From Longimicrobiales bacterium (GTDB lineage: Bacteria; Gemmatimonadota; Gemmatimonadetes; Longimicrobiales; Gaopeijiaceae), in contig CBDFIQ010000002.1 in the NCBI GenBank assembly GCA_965248195.1, positions 3,072,001 through 3,136,000 of the forward strand: 64,000 nucleotides of DNA, written 5' to 3'. Below the pieces are notes generated by a model. The model was not told where the DNA came from. It ran no database searches and saw only the letters and a program-made list of their open reading frames with translations. Of this stretch, positions 1 to 10,294 are shown piece after piece (position 1 is the stretch's first letter; each line of letters opens with the position of its first letter). A program made the position numbers and the translations under genes.

Positions 1-384
1 CTCTCGTCGGTGGCTAACACGCCGTTGGATTTCACTACCCCGGAATTCATCGGGGCGCGCCTCGATCAGATTCACGAACCCGTCGAGGGCTTCTACGACC
101 ACAACTTCGTCTTCAACCGTGATGGCGATGGCGTAAATGTCGGTGGCGTGAACGACGAAGGCGCCGTTCTCGTGGCCCGCGTTCGTGAGCTCGGCAGTGG
201 GCGTGTCATGGAAGTGCGAACGGATCAGCCCGCCGTGCAGCTCTACACGGGCAACCCCGTCGGTTTCTGCCTAGAAACCCAGAACTATCCCGACGCCATC
301 AACCACGAAAGCTTTCCGTCGCCGATTCTGCGACCGGGCATGCCGTTTCGGAGCACGACTGTCTTCACCTTCTCGACTGAATAG
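1..384 (+). CDS. galM: Aldose 1-epimerase (galactose mutarotase), C-terminal part; 5' end lies before the window
   Basis: Open from base 1. Motifs TPLDFT, YDHNFV, SGRVMEVRTDQPAVQLYTGN, FCLETQNYPDAINH. Confidence 0.9.
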   Translation, partial: LSSVANTPLDFTTPEFIGARLDQIHEPVEGFYDHNFVFNRDGDGVNVGGVNDEGAVLVARVRELGSGRVMEVRTDQPAVQLYTGNPVGFCLETQNYPDAINHESFPSPILRPGMPFRSTTVFTFSTE

Positions 385-407
385 ACCCAGTCGAGGGTGG
401 CGAATCC

Positions 408-1787
408 CTACCTGGCCTTGCGTCCCGGCTGGTTCGCCCCACCCTGGTGCAGGATCATGCCGGTCACCGCGCCGGAATCGTCCTTCGTGAACGAAATTTG
501 GGCGTCGACAACCCTATAGAAAAATTTGATCTCAGACTCCGGAAAGATGGGGGCCTTCCCCTGTCCGGTGGCCTGCGCGAACAAGGCGCCGTCCTCCAGC
601 GTCACGAAAATGGAGAACGTGGGCGCGAGCGCGTACTCCCCGACGTAGGTCTCCAGGATTTCCTGGGCGACCACGACCTGGTTTCGCTCAACCGGCGCGG
701 GCGCGAGCGGCATCTCCGGGTTGATGAGGTGCAAGCCGATGTCGTCTGCGCCGTGCTCGGAATTGGTCAGGACGACAGCCCCAAGGCCCTTGTCCGGGTC
801 GAACCCAATGAACGTTCGGAAACCGGCGGTGCCTCCGTTGTGCCAGACGATCTTCTCGTCGCCCACACTAATGACGTGCCAGTTGAGGCCGATGCTCATC
901 TGCGCATTGATCTCCTCCCGCACTTCATGACTTGCTCGCATCGAGCGCTCGAGCCGCGACCCGGGCGGCCCGATGTTGGCGGCGAGGAAGGTCAGCATGT
1001 CCCCGACGTCGGACCGGAGCGCCCCTGCGCCCGCCAGCGTGGGCAGATCCCAGAGAGGTACGACACCACCCTGCTGGTTGTGGCCCTTCGCCATCCAGTC
1101 TCGCATGGCCCCCTCGAGGGTGATTCCCGTCATGCTCATCCCGAGCGGCTCGAGGACACGCTCACGCACGACTTCCTCGTAGCTGCCGCCTACGACCGTG
1201 GCGAGCACGTGGCCGAGCAGCCCCACTCCGAGGTTCGAGTATTCGTACTCCACGCCGATGTCGCGGCGCAGCTCGTGACCGGATAGGAAGGCATACATCT
1301 GTGCGACCGTGTAGTCGGCGTAAGGGTTCGACGCATCCGCGGGTGACATGTTGTCGGGAAGCCTCGGCAGCCCCGAATGCTGCGTGGAAAGGTCGAGCAA
1401 CGTGATCTCTCGACCCCTTCGGGACGGCATAGTGACCTCGTCCGGCAAGTAATCGGAGACGGGATCGGAGAGTGACACTTCGCCGCGGGCGACCATGTCG
1501 GCAAGCAGGGTCGCCGTAAACACCTTCGTGATCGAGCCGATCTCGAAGACCGACCTGGCGCCCAGGGGTCGCGCGTTCGGGCCAGCCTCCCCATACGAGA
1601 CGACGGGCGTCGAGCCATCGGCCTCCACGACGCCGATCACGATGCCGATCGCACGCTCTTCATCGACGCGAGTCCGGATCAGCTCGGTAAGATCCTCGTC
1701 GGATGCGAAGTGCTGGGCTCCGGCCGCGGTCGGACCCAGGAGCGGGAGCGCGAGCAGAAGGAGGGTGCTGCGGATTCGCACGTTCAT
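408..1787 (-). CDS. Secreted serine hydrolase (AmpC/beta-lactamase family) with C-terminal DUF3471-like domain
   Basis: SxxK (GSITK), YSN and HNGGT motifs; signal peptide. Start set at ATG 1787 rather than 1841. Confidence 0.9.
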   Translation of the reverse strand: MNVRIRSTLLLLALPLLGPTAAGAQHFASDEDLTELIRTRVDEERAIGIVIGVVEADGSTPVVSYGEAGPNARPLGARSVFEIGSITKVFTATLLADMVARGEVSLSDPVSDYLPDEVTMPSRRGREITLLDLSTQHSGLPRLPDNMSPADASNPYADYTVAQMYAFLSGHELRRDIGVEYEYSNLGVGLLGHVLATVVGGSYEEVVRERVLEPLGMSMTGITLEGAMRDWMAKGHNQQGGVVPLWDLPTLAGAGALRSDVGDMLTFLAANIGPPGSRLERSMRASHEVREEINAQMSIGLNWHVISVGDEKIVWHNGGTAGFRTFIGFDPDKGLGAVVLTNSEHGADDIGLHLINPEMPLAPAPVERNQVVVAQEILETYVGEYALAPTFSIFVTLEDGALFAQATGQGKAPIFPESEIKFFYRVVDAQISFTKDDSGAVTGMILHQGGANQPGRKAR

Positions 1788-1837
1788 GTTACGACTCCCG
1801 GAAGCAGGTCCGATCGGCGTGGTGTCAAACGTACACG

Positions 1838-2890
1838 TCACGCAGGCACGAACGCCAAGAACCGGCGCGGGTTGTCGCGCTGGATCGCCCCGAGCACATC
1901 CTCGTCGATCCCGGCTTCACGCAGCAGCGGCGCAAAGACCGTGATCGAGTTTCCGTAACCCGGACGGCTCTCAGACCGGCGGCCCGTAAAATCGGACGAG
2001 ATCAGCAGCTTGTCGGCGTGCCCGGCCTCCAGAAACGCCATGATCGTGACCACCTTCTGCGGGTCGTCGACCCGCCCTCCGGTCACCCGATCGAAGCCGA
2101 CGAACGCACCGCGCTCGGCGATCTCGATCAGCACGCTCGCCGAGGGGTCATCGAGACAGCATGCATGCCCGATCACGACATTCTCCGGGCTGACCCCCAC
2201 CGACTCGAGCACGTCGAGCTGCCTTAGGCCCGCGTCCGGTCTAACGTTTTCGCCGGTGCCGTAAGCGTTGTGTGTGAAGACCGGGAGGCCCGTGGCGAGG
2301 TGCGCCTTGCCTACGGCGCGAAACACCTTCCGCTCGTTGGGGGTCATTTCGGCGGCATCCGAGCTCTGGCCGATCTCGCCATAAGCACCCAGCCGAAAGC
2401 GGGCGGCGTCCGCTACCAGACCTTCGGCGATCTGATCCTCGCTGCTCGTCGCGACCTCGGGCCGATGGTACCGCTCCATGTAATATCCGGTGCACGCCAC
2501 GATGTGAACGTCAGTCTCGTTCGCGACTCGCATCACCGCGTCGAGATCCCGCCCCAGGTCCGGATGCCCACCATCGACGATACAGCCGACCCCTTCCGAG
2601 GCTGCGACCCGGATCTCACGGACAACGTTGTCGACGTCATCGGTCGCCGATGGCCGATCAGGCGACATACGAATCGACAAGTGCTCATGGAACAGGGTCA
2701 CGCCGTTGATGTCACCGGGGTCGATGTCGCCCAGCACCGTCCGGATAATTGCGTCCCGTGGGACTCCAGCCAATCCGGGATCTGCCTGGTCGAACCTGCA
2801 TCCGGCGACCATGCCGAGCCCGGCCGCACCACCCAGCAGCTGGACTACCTCACGACGGGTGAACCGAGCGGAGCGATCGTGTTGATCCAT
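1838..2890 (-). CDS. Phosphotriesterase-family metallohydrolase, probable Tat lipoprotein
   Basis: TLFHEHL, VFTH, IGH and ISSD metal ligands; N-terminal TRREVV...VAGC. Confidence 0.88.
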   Translation of the reverse strand: MDQHDRSARFTRREVVQLLGGAAGLGMVAGCRFDQADPGLAGVPRDAIIRTVLGDIDPGDINGVTLFHEHLSIRMSPDRPSATDDVDNVVREIRVAASEGVGCIVDGGHPDLGRDLDAVMRVANETDVHIVACTGYYMERYHRPEVATSSEDQIAEGLVADAARFRLGAYGEIGQSSDAAEMTPNERKVFRAVGKAHLATGLPVFTHNAYGTGENVRPDAGLRQLDVLESVGVSPENVVIGHACCLDDPSASVLIEIAERGAFVGFDRVTGGRVDDPQKVVTIMAFLEAGHADKLLISSDFTGRRSESRPGYGNSITVFAPLLREAGIDEDVLGAIQRDNPRRFLAFVPA

Positions 2891-2973
2891 TTTGCACCTC
2901 TACACGTGTAGGTTCACCGGCTCCAGACCGCTGCCGAAATGGGACGGCTGCTACCTCGAGCTATTCCCCACCA

Positions 2974-4026
2974 TCAGGGCCGACTTCCCCCGGCCTGCCT
3001 CTCCTGATAGCGCGCACCCCGCAACACGTTCGTCATCGCGTAGTTGCCCTCGTGGCAGGCGTACTCGTAGATCTGCTCGTCGAACCTCCGCCAGGGAACC
3101 TGCCCGCCCCAGACCTCGGTGTAGGTCCTCGGGTCGTGAATCTCGAACTCGTAGAGGATGTTGTCTTCGTCGACTCGGGTGAAGCGCTCGATCACTCTCA
3201 GATCCTCGGAGTTCGGGATCTTGTCGGCTTGCTCATTGTAGCCCATGTCGGGGTGGATGTTGGTGGTCTCGACCACCAGGGTATTACCCTCCCAGTGGCC
3301 CCAAGAGTCGCCGAACCAGGGTCGAACGTGGCTCGGCAGACGATTCGGCTCGCCGAGACGAATGATCCGGACGTCGTGGATCATCTCGCCGTAGATCACG
3401 ACGTGGTCCGCCGTCTGAATGACGCGGAAGTTGTTGTTGTATCCCCCAGTGGGCGTCATCGGAGGCCCGAGGAGGCCGGTGGGGCTCAACCCGTAGTAGA
3501 CGACGCAACGCTCCGCCATCGGCCGAAGCTCCGGATGGTCGTACTGGCCGAATTGGTCCCGGAACCCGTGGTACTCGTCCTTCCGTTCCTGGCCCTCGGC
3601 GGTGAGCACGGGAATCCGGCCGTTGGCCGGATAGGTGATGAGCGAAGTCCGGGGCTCGCCGTTGACGACAGCCACTTGGTCGCCCTGCTCGAACCAGACG
3701 TTGTTGTAGCTCCCGACCCCCTGGCCCGTCGGTGGTGCGGGGCGGTCGGGGTCGCTGGGCAGGGCGCCCTGTATGACGCGGTCCACGAAGGCCTGCTCCA
3801 TCTCGGCGACCTCTTCAGGCGTGAAGAGCCGACCCTGGCCAGGCCGACGCTGGAAGGGCGTCATGGTCCCGTTGTTCCACTTTCCCTGGAGGTCCGGATG
3901 ACCATCGGACGTCCGGGGCGGCACCCACTGAGCCGCGGCCGGGGAGAAAAATCCTGCCGCCGCGATCACGAGGCACGGCCCCAAAAGGCATAGCCCCGGA
4001 AGCCAAGTCGTAGATCGTGTGCTCAT
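2974..4026 (-). CDS. Conserved hypothetical secreted protein (PRTxDGxPDLQG...YEYACHEGN family), copy 1
   Basis: Signal peptide; GDSWGHWEGNTLVVET and YEYACHEGN motifs; paralog of 4141..5178. Confidence 0.85.
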   Translation of the reverse strand: MSTRSTTWLPGLCLLGPCLVIAAAGFFSPAAAQWVPPRTSDGHPDLQGKWNNGTMTPFQRRPGQGRLFTPEEVAEMEQAFVDRVIQGALPSDPDRPAPPTGQGVGSYNNVWFEQGDQVAVVNGEPRTSLITYPANGRIPVLTAEGQERKDEYHGFRDQFGQYDHPELRPMAERCVVYYGLSPTGLLGPPMTPTGGYNNNFRVIQTADHVVIYGEMIHDVRIIRLGEPNRLPSHVRPWFGDSWGHWEGNTLVVETTNIHPDMGYNEQADKIPNSEDLRVIERFTRVDEDNILYEFEIHDPRTYTEVWGGQVPWRRFDEQIYEYACHEGNYAMTNVLRGARYQERQAGGSRP

Positions 4027-4140
4027 CTCTCGTCCTCCTAGCGGTTGCGGCCCTTAGTTCTGCGGATTCCCGCGCCCGTTGCGACCCGTAGTTCAGGCTG
4101 CGCCCGACCTGCGCTTCAGCGGCCTCCATCGGCCTGTGCT

Positions 4141-5178
4141 TCAGCGGTTCCCCTCGGCCTGCCTCTCCTGGTAACGCGCGCCACTCAAGACGTTCGACAT
4201 CGAGTAGTTGCCCTCATGACAGGCGTACTCGTAAATCATCTGGTCGAACGCGTGCCAGGGGATCTGCCCGCCCCACACCTCGGTGTAGGTCCTCGGGTCT
4301 TGAACCTCGAACTCGTAGAGGATGTTGTCCTCGTCGATCCGCGTGAAGCGCTCGATCACCTTCAGATCCTCGGAATTCGGGATCTTGTCGCTCGACTCAT
4401 TGAAGCCCATGTCAGGGTGGATGTTGGTGGTCTCGACCACGAGGGTGTTACCCTCCCAACGACCCCACGAGTCGCCGAACCAGGGCCTTACGTGGGCCGG
4501 CAGTCGATTCGGCTCGCCGAGCCGGATGATCCGCGTGTCGTGGATCATCTCACCGTGAATCACGACGTAGTCCGCCGTCTGGATGACACGGATGTTTTGG
4601 TTGTATCCCCCGGAGGGTGTCATCGGAGGCCCGAGGGTGGCCGTGGGGCTCGAGGCGTAGTAAACGATGCACCGATCCGCCAGCGGCCGTAGCTCCGGAT
4701 GGTCGTATTCGCCGAACTGGTCTCGGAACCCGTGGTACTCGTCCTTCCGCTCCTGGCCCTCTGCCGTCAGCGCGGGTATCCGGCCACTCGACGGATAGGT
4801 GATGAGTGAGGTCCGGGGCTCGCCGTTGACGATGGCCACCCGCGCACCTTGCTCGAACCAGACTTGGTTGTAGCTACCGACCCCGCCAGTCACTTCCGGT
4901 GCAGGGCGGTTCGGGTCGCTCGGCAGGGAACCGCGCTCGACACGGTCCACAAATCCTTGTTCGCGCTCGGCGACCTCCTCCGGGGTATAGACCGGACCCT
5001 GGCCCGGGCGACGCTGGAACGGCGTCATCGTCGCGTTTCTCCACGTTCCCTGAAGGTCCGGATGGCCATCGGGCGTCCGGGGCATCACCCACTGTTGAGC
5101 CGCGGCGGGGGAGAAAAGCCCAGCCGCCGCGGTCGCGATGCAAAGCCCCATAAGCAAAGTCGAATATCGCATGCTCAT
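4141..5178 (-). CDS. Conserved hypothetical secreted protein (same family), copy 2
   Basis: Colinear with 2974..4026; AGGAGG RBS upstream. Confidence 0.85.
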   Translation of the reverse strand: MSMRYSTLLMGLCIATAAAGLFSPAAAQQWVMPRTPDGHPDLQGTWRNATMTPFQRRPGQGPVYTPEEVAEREQGFVDRVERGSLPSDPNRPAPEVTGGVGSYNQVWFEQGARVAIVNGEPRTSLITYPSSGRIPALTAEGQERKDEYHGFRDQFGEYDHPELRPLADRCIVYYASSPTATLGPPMTPSGGYNQNIRVIQTADYVVIHGEMIHDTRIIRLGEPNRLPAHVRPWFGDSWGRWEGNTLVVETTNIHPDMGFNESSDKIPNSEDLKVIERFTRIDEDNILYEFEVQDPRTYTEVWGGQIPWHAFDQMIYEYACHEGNYSMSNVLSGARYQERQAEGNR

Positions 5179-5383
5179 ATCCCTCCTCTCAGCGGTTGCG
5201 TCCTTCTCCTAGCCGACATTCCCCGTCCTCCTAGCCGGTGGGAATCCGACACAGATGTAACGCACTCAGACTCGAAAAGCGATCGGCACGCGGACCTCGA
5301 CCTGGGCGGTGCTTACCGTGCGGATCTAGACGGACGCATCGAGTGGGAGTACCATGCAGTCAACCGCTACCGAAAGGAAGACC

Positions 5384-7084
5384 ATGCTGAACTCCATCGC
5401 TGACCTGCGGCTCACGGGCCTCATCGTACTGCTCCCCACCCTCTTCCTCGGTCTGGTCATTCAACGGGCCGAGGCACAGGACAAGGAGGCATTCCCCTAC
5501 GAGACACTGCGTTCCCCAGTCATGGGTCTCCGAGGGGTCGTGGCCACGAGCCAACCGCTCGCCTCGAACGCCGGACTCGACATCCTGAAGAAGGGCGGCA
5601 ACGCGATCGACGCCGCCGTCGCTACCGCCGCCGTACTGACCCTCGTCGAGCCCGGGAGCACGAGCCTCGGCGGCGACGCGTTCATCATGATCTACATCGC
5701 CGCGGAGAAGAAGTTGGTCGGAATCAACGCGAGCGGGCGGGCTCCGTACTCGATGACGCTCGACGCCCTGAAAGTGAAGCTGGACGAACACGGGATGGAT
5801 CGGATCAGCGGCATCTACTCCGTCTCGGTGCCCGGTGCGGTCGACGGATGGTTCGAGGTGCTCGAGAAATACGGGACGATGACCATGGCCGAGGTCCTAG
5901 AGCCCGCGATCTACTATGCTGAGAATGGCTTTCCCGTGTCGCCCATCATCGCCAACGCCTGGCTTGGGCTTGAGCGAAATCAAGAGCCGTCGACGAGGGC
6001 CGCTCTGCTCCTCAACGGCGACCGTGCACCCAGGGCCGGCGATGTGTTCCGCAACCCGGATCTGGCCAACAGTTTCAGGTTGATTGCCGAACATGGCAGA
6101 GACGCCTTTTACAAGGGACCCATCGCTGAAGCGATCGTGGCGTACTCCGACCAGCACGACGGCTTCCTCACCATGAAGGACTTCGCGGATCACACCTCGA
6201 CGTGGGTCGAGCCGATCTTCGCCGACTACGGGGACTACAGGCTCTACGAGCTACCGCCCAACGGCCAAGGCATCGCCGCGCTCGAGATGATCAAGATCCT
6301 CGGCAACGTCGACCTCGGTGCGATGGGCCACAACTCCGCGGAGTACCTCCATCACATCATCGAGGCCAAGAAGCTCGCCTACGCAGACATCCAGAAGTGG
6401 AATGGGGATCCGGAGTTCAACCATCTCCCGATCCAGGAGATGATCTCTACCGAATACGCTCGGCGGCAGTTCGAGCGCATCGACCCGAAAAGGGCCATGG
6501 AACGTCCCGAGTCGGGCATCGACGGCAACGGAGACACGATACTCCTGGAAGTCATGGACAAGGATCACAACTCCGTCTCATTCATCTACAGCATCTTCGG
6601 CGGCTTCGGCTCCGGCCTCGTCGCTCCGACAACCGGCTTCCCGCTGCAGAACCGGGCCGCACTCTTCTCGCTGGAGCCGGGCCATATCAACGTCGTGGAG
6701 CCGCACAAGCGCCCCTTCCACACGATCATCCCGGCGATGGCGTTCAAGGACGGAGAGTTCTTCATGGGGTTCGGGGCCATGGGCGGCTCCGTCCAGCCCC
6801 AACAGCACGTGCAGATCTTCCTGAACGTCGTCGAATTCGGAATGAACGCGCAGCAAGCCGTCGAGATCCCTCGGATCAATCACAACAGCGGGTTCAGCGT
6901 GACCGTCGAGCCCGGCATCGACGAGGCGGCATTGGCCCAGCTCGAGGCAATGGGTCACGAGATCCAACGGAGAACGACGCGCGGAGGTGTGGGAGGCGCT
7001 CAGCTGATCATGTTCGATCCGCTCACCGGTACGATGATCGGCGGGTCGACACCGCACAAGGACGGGATGGCGGTGGCGTACTAG
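5384..7084 (+). CDS. ggt: Gamma-glutamyltransferase
   Basis: GGNAIDAAVA, SVPGAVDGW, LPPNGQG, GDT nucleophile, LQNR and KRPFHTIIP motifs. ATG 5384 has an AAAGGAAG RBS. Confidence 0.93.
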   Translation: MLNSIADLRLTGLIVLLPTLFLGLVIQRAEAQDKEAFPYETLRSPVMGLRGVVATSQPLASNAGLDILKKGGNAIDAAVATAAVLTLVEPGSTSLGGDAFIMIYIAAEKKLVGINASGRAPYSMTLDALKVKLDEHGMDRISGIYSVSVPGAVDGWFEVLEKYGTMTMAEVLEPAIYYAENGFPVSPIIANAWLGLERNQEPSTRAALLLNGDRAPRAGDVFRNPDLANSFRLIAEHGRDAFYKGPIAEAIVAYSDQHDGFLTMKDFADHTSTWVEPIFADYGDYRLYELPPNGQGIAALEMIKILGNVDLGAMGHNSAEYLHHIIEAKKLAYADIQKWNGDPEFNHLPIQEMISTEYARRQFERIDPKRAMERPESGIDGNGDTILLEVMDKDHNSVSFIYSIFGGFGSGLVAPTTGFPLQNRAALFSLEPGHINVVEPHKRPFHTIIPAMAFKDGEFFMGFGAMGGSVQPQQHVQIFLNVVEFGMNAQQAVEIPRINHNSGFSVTVEPGIDEAALAQLEAMGHEIQRRTTRGGVGGAQLIMFDPLTGTMIGGSTPHKDGMAVAY

Positions 7085-7100
7085 GCGGCCGGCCGTCGGG

Positions 7101-7616
7101 TCAGACGGTAGGAGGCTCGGGCATCTGCCAGGTATTACTCTGTCCCAGGCCCAGCGCTTTCTTCAACTGCACGATCTGCCCCAGGTGGTACGCGTTGTGA
7201 TCTGCCAGAATCAACGCCTCGCGGAGCAACGTGTGGCCCTCCTCGCTCCACGGGAACGCCTCGAAGAGGTCTCGTGAGGGATCGGACACGAGGTCGACCA
7301 TCTTCTGAAGGCCGTTTTTGAAGGCCATCACGCTCGCCTCCCACGCTTCCTCGTCCTCGGGCACGTCCGACTCGGGCCAGTATCCGTCCGGAAAGTCCGC
7401 CGAGATATGGTTTGGATCTCGGCTGTACTCCGCCAGGTCGTCCTGGCAGATCCGAAGGTGCTCCAGAAGCTGCCAGATCGTGTGTGGGTGGCTGAGTAGC
7501 CGGGCGCCACGCTGGTCGGGGGGTACACCGGCGATGCCGTCTTCCGCCGTGACGTGCGCCCATGCGCTCGTGAGGAGCCTCACCAGATGATCGCGAAGGG
7601 CCGTGTCGGTGCTCAT
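7101..7616 (-). CDS. DinB family protein
   Basis: HTIWQLLEHLRI, DGYWP and LADHNAYHLGQ motifs. Start ATG 7616. Confidence 0.88.
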   Translation of the reverse strand: MSTDTALRDHLVRLLTSAWAHVTAEDGIAGVPPDQRGARLLSHPHTIWQLLEHLRICQDDLAEYSRDPNHISADFPDGYWPESDVPEDEEAWEASVMAFKNGLQKMVDLVSDPSRDLFEAFPWSEEGHTLLREALILADHNAYHLGQIVQLKKALGLGQSNTWQMPEPPTV

Positions 7617-7741
7617 GGTCGCCTGGACGCGAACTTCTCCGAATCGGTGTCGAAATACACGGCACCGCGGTAGCTGGGTGTAAGTCGCCACGCCGTGGGA
7701 AGCTGCGAAGGTACTAGAGAACGCAGAGACGTTCCAGAGAC

Positions 7742-7810
7742 GCTTGCCACCCCACACGCCCTAGACGCATCTTGTCGGCCATGTCTGACGATCCCCGCAA
7801 GCGCTTCATC
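7742..7810 (+). promoter_or_regulatory. Duplicated sigma70-like promoter element, copy 1, followed by a possible leaderless 26-aa ORF (7781..7861)
   Basis: TTGCCA-N18-CATCTT-N7-ATG; similar to 10295..10363. Confidence 0.45.
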
Positions 7811-7878
7811 CGTGAGATTCACCGGGGGTCGCGTCAGACTCTACGGCAGGCAGGAGCCTAAACTGATAGGAGGAGAAC

Positions 7879-8802
7879 ATGTTTAGACGGTCTATCCCCC
7901 TCGTCATGTTCGTCGGCGTCGCACTTCTGGTGGTGGGGCCGTCCGCGGCGAACGCCCAGCTCGGGCAAACCAGCTCGTTCCTGGCTCACGTGTCCAACCA
8001 GTATCGTGTGATCCCCAACGTGACGTATCACGTTGCGAGCAACCAAGAGAACAAGCTCGACCTGTACGTCCCGAGGGACGCCACCGGCCCGACACCCGTG
8101 TTGATGTACATCCACGGTGGAGGATGGGTTGGCGGGACGAAGGAGAGCAACGTGCTTCGCATCCTCCCCTATCTCGAGATGGGGTGGGCCGTGGCCAACG
8201 TCGAGTACCGCCTGGGTGCGGTCGCGCGTGCGCCAGCCGCGGTAGAGGACGGTCTGTGTGCTCTGCGTTGGGTCATTCGAAACGCCGGACAGTACAACCT
8301 GGATGCGTCGCGTATCGTGACGACTGGCAACTCGGCAGGAGGCCACCTCGCCCTGACGACCGGGATGATCCCGGCATCGGCGGGTCTAGACCGAGAGTGT
8401 CCCGGCTCCGAAGAGCTGAGCGTCGCAGCGATCATCAACTGGTACGGGATCACCGATGTCGGCGACTTGCTCGACGGTCCCAATACCAAGAGTTACGCGG
8501 TCGAGTGGATGGGCAGCCTGGAGAACCGATTCGAGATCGCCGAACGCGTATCGCCGATGACGTACATCAAGGCGGGCTTGCCACCGACGTTGACGATCCA
8601 CGGTGATGCGGACCCAACCGTTCCGTATCAGCACGCGGTCTCGCTACACGAGAAGCTGGACGAGCTCGGTGTGCCGAACGTGCTACACACAGTGCCCGGT
8701 GGACGTCACGGTGGCTTCAATCGGGAGCAGACGCTGGCGATCTTCGAGACGATTCAGCGTTTCCTGTCGCAGCACGGGCTGGGTGGCGGTATGGCGCCCT
8801 AG
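7879..8802 (+). CDS. Secreted alpha/beta hydrolase (esterase/lipase, HGGG type)
   Basis: HGGGW, GNSAGG, HGDAD and GRHG triad motifs; AGGAGG RBS. Confidence 0.92.
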   Translation: MFRRSIPLVMFVGVALLVVGPSAANAQLGQTSSFLAHVSNQYRVIPNVTYHVASNQENKLDLYVPRDATGPTPVLMYIHGGGWVGGTKESNVLRILPYLEMGWAVANVEYRLGAVARAPAAVEDGLCALRWVIRNAGQYNLDASRIVTTGNSAGGHLALTTGMIPASAGLDRECPGSEELSVAAIINWYGITDVGDLLDGPNTKSYAVEWMGSLENRFEIAERVSPMTYIKAGLPPTLTIHGDADPTVPYQHAVSLHEKLDELGVPNVLHTVPGGRHGGFNREQTLAIFETIQRFLSQHGLGGGMAP

Positions 8803-8982
8803 GGCCGGGTCATGATCGAGGTCGACGGTCTGGTCTTCGCACGGTCTATGCCTGAGATGAACACACGCTAGAGGCCCCTTTGCAACTTTTCCCCTCCTGG
8901 GTGAGTTAGGGCGATCGAGGGATGCCGGCCAGGAGCGGCCGGCCTCGCCCCTCGATTGTTTCATGTGAGGAGGTGTGAGAAA

Positions 8983-9480
8983 ATGAGGAAGTCGACTATG
9001 GGATGGGTGGTACCCACCCTCGCTTTTATAGCAGTGTTAGTCGTACCCTCGGACGGGCAGAGCCAGGCGTCACAAGCCACTCAGATGGCCGTCGAGCTCG
9101 AGGCCGAAGCATCCAGGCTCCATGATCAACCGGATCGATGGGCGTATGCGGCCGATCTCTACCTGGCCGCCGTCCGGCACAGAGAAGACGGAGATCCCCA
9201 GGCACAAGAGAACCTCTTGCGCGCGGCCAACCTGAGCTACGAAACGGGCGACATGAAAGCTGCGATGGCCGCGTTGGAGTCGGCAGGCTCTCGAGCCTTG
9301 GCGAGCGGAGACGTCGTGCGAGCAGCAGAGATCTTCGCCGATGCAGCTTGGGTCGCACGGAAGGCGGGGCTCGGGATCAAGCTGAGCTTGCTGTCATCCA
9401 GGGTCGGCAGGTTGGCGGACTCGTCGAAGCTTACCAGAGCGGAGAGAAACCAGATTCTGTCGGCGTTTCGAGGGCGCTGA
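8983..9480 (+). CDS. Hypothetical secreted helical protein, tandem copy 1
   Basis: GAGGAGG RBS; signal peptide; paralog of 9695..10192. Confidence 0.8.
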   Translation: MRKSTMGWVVPTLAFIAVLVVPSDGQSQASQATQMAVELEAEASRLHDQPDRWAYAADLYLAAVRHREDGDPQAQENLLRAANLSYETGDMKAAMAALESAGSRALASGDVVRAAEIFADAAWVARKAGLGIKLSLLSSRVGRLADSSKLTRAERNQILSAFRGR

Positions 9481-9593
9481 GATGGCGTTCGCCGAGCTCG
9501 GCCGGGTTCCCCCACTAGAGCTCGTCAGCGGATGAGGTGGGTATGGCTCGGCGGCTAGCCGCCGAGCCCCCAACCGCTCTCGTCCCGCCCCTT

Positions 9594-9620
9594 TGCAACC
9601 TTTTCCCCCCAGGGAACGTC
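9594..9620 (+). promoter_or_regulatory. Putative ECF sigma promoter
   Basis: TGCAAC-N17-CGTC. The -35 TGCAAC is also conserved at 8881 upstream of the paralog. Confidence 0.4.
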
Positions 9621-9694
9621 TGGGGAATGAGGGATGCGCGCGTCGCAGGGGCCGGCGGCGCCCCTCGGTCGTTTCATTGTGAGGAGGTGGGAGG

Positions 9695-10192
9695 ATGAGG
9701 AAGACGATGGTGGGATGGGTGGTGAGCACCCTCGCTATGACAGCAGTGTTAGCCGTACCCTCGGACGTGCAGAGCCAGTTTTCGCGAGGCGCTCTGAGGG
9801 CCGCCGAGCTCGAGTCCGAAGCATTCAGGCTCCATAATCAACGGGATCGATGGGCGTACGCGGCCGCTCTCTACATGGCCGCTGTCCAGCTCAGAGCAGA
9901 GGACGATCCCAAGGCACAAGAGGACCTCTGGCTCGCTGCGAGCCTGGGTTATGAGACGGGCAACACGGCTGGTCCGTTCGCCGCGTTGGAGTCGGCAGGC
10001 GATCGTGCGTTGGCGAGCGGTGACATCGTGCGAGCAGCAGACATGTTCGCCGATGCAGCTTGGGTCGCACAGAAGGCGGGGCTCGGGATCGACCAGCGCA
10101 GGCTGACAGTCAAGAGCGTTGAATTGGCGGAATCCCCGGAGATCACCAGAGCCGAGAGACGCCAGATTCTGCGGCGGTTTCGAGGACGCTGA
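9695..10192 (+). CDS. Hypothetical secreted helical protein, tandem copy 2
   Basis: Same length and layout as 8983..9480; shared DRWAYAA, ALESAG and FADAAWVA blocks. Confidence 0.8.
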   Translation: MRKTMVGWVVSTLAMTAVLAVPSDVQSQFSRGALRAAELESEAFRLHNQRDRWAYAAALYMAAVQLRAEDDPKAQEDLWLAASLGYETGNTAGPFAALESAGDRALASGDIVRAADMFADAAWVAQKAGLGIDQRRLTVKSVELAESPEITRAERRQILRRFRGR

Positions 10193-10294
10193 GATGGCGT
10201 TCTACGAGTGCGGCCGGATTCCCGGCTAAAACTCGTCATCCGATGAAGTGCGTGGGGCTCGGCGGGTGGCCGCCGAGTCCCCACGGGGAAAGGT

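Noticed and set aside
9520..9545. GATGA-containing stems (also near 10235) as a hammerhead ribozyme
   Set aside because: The CTGATGA and GAAA core elements are absent.
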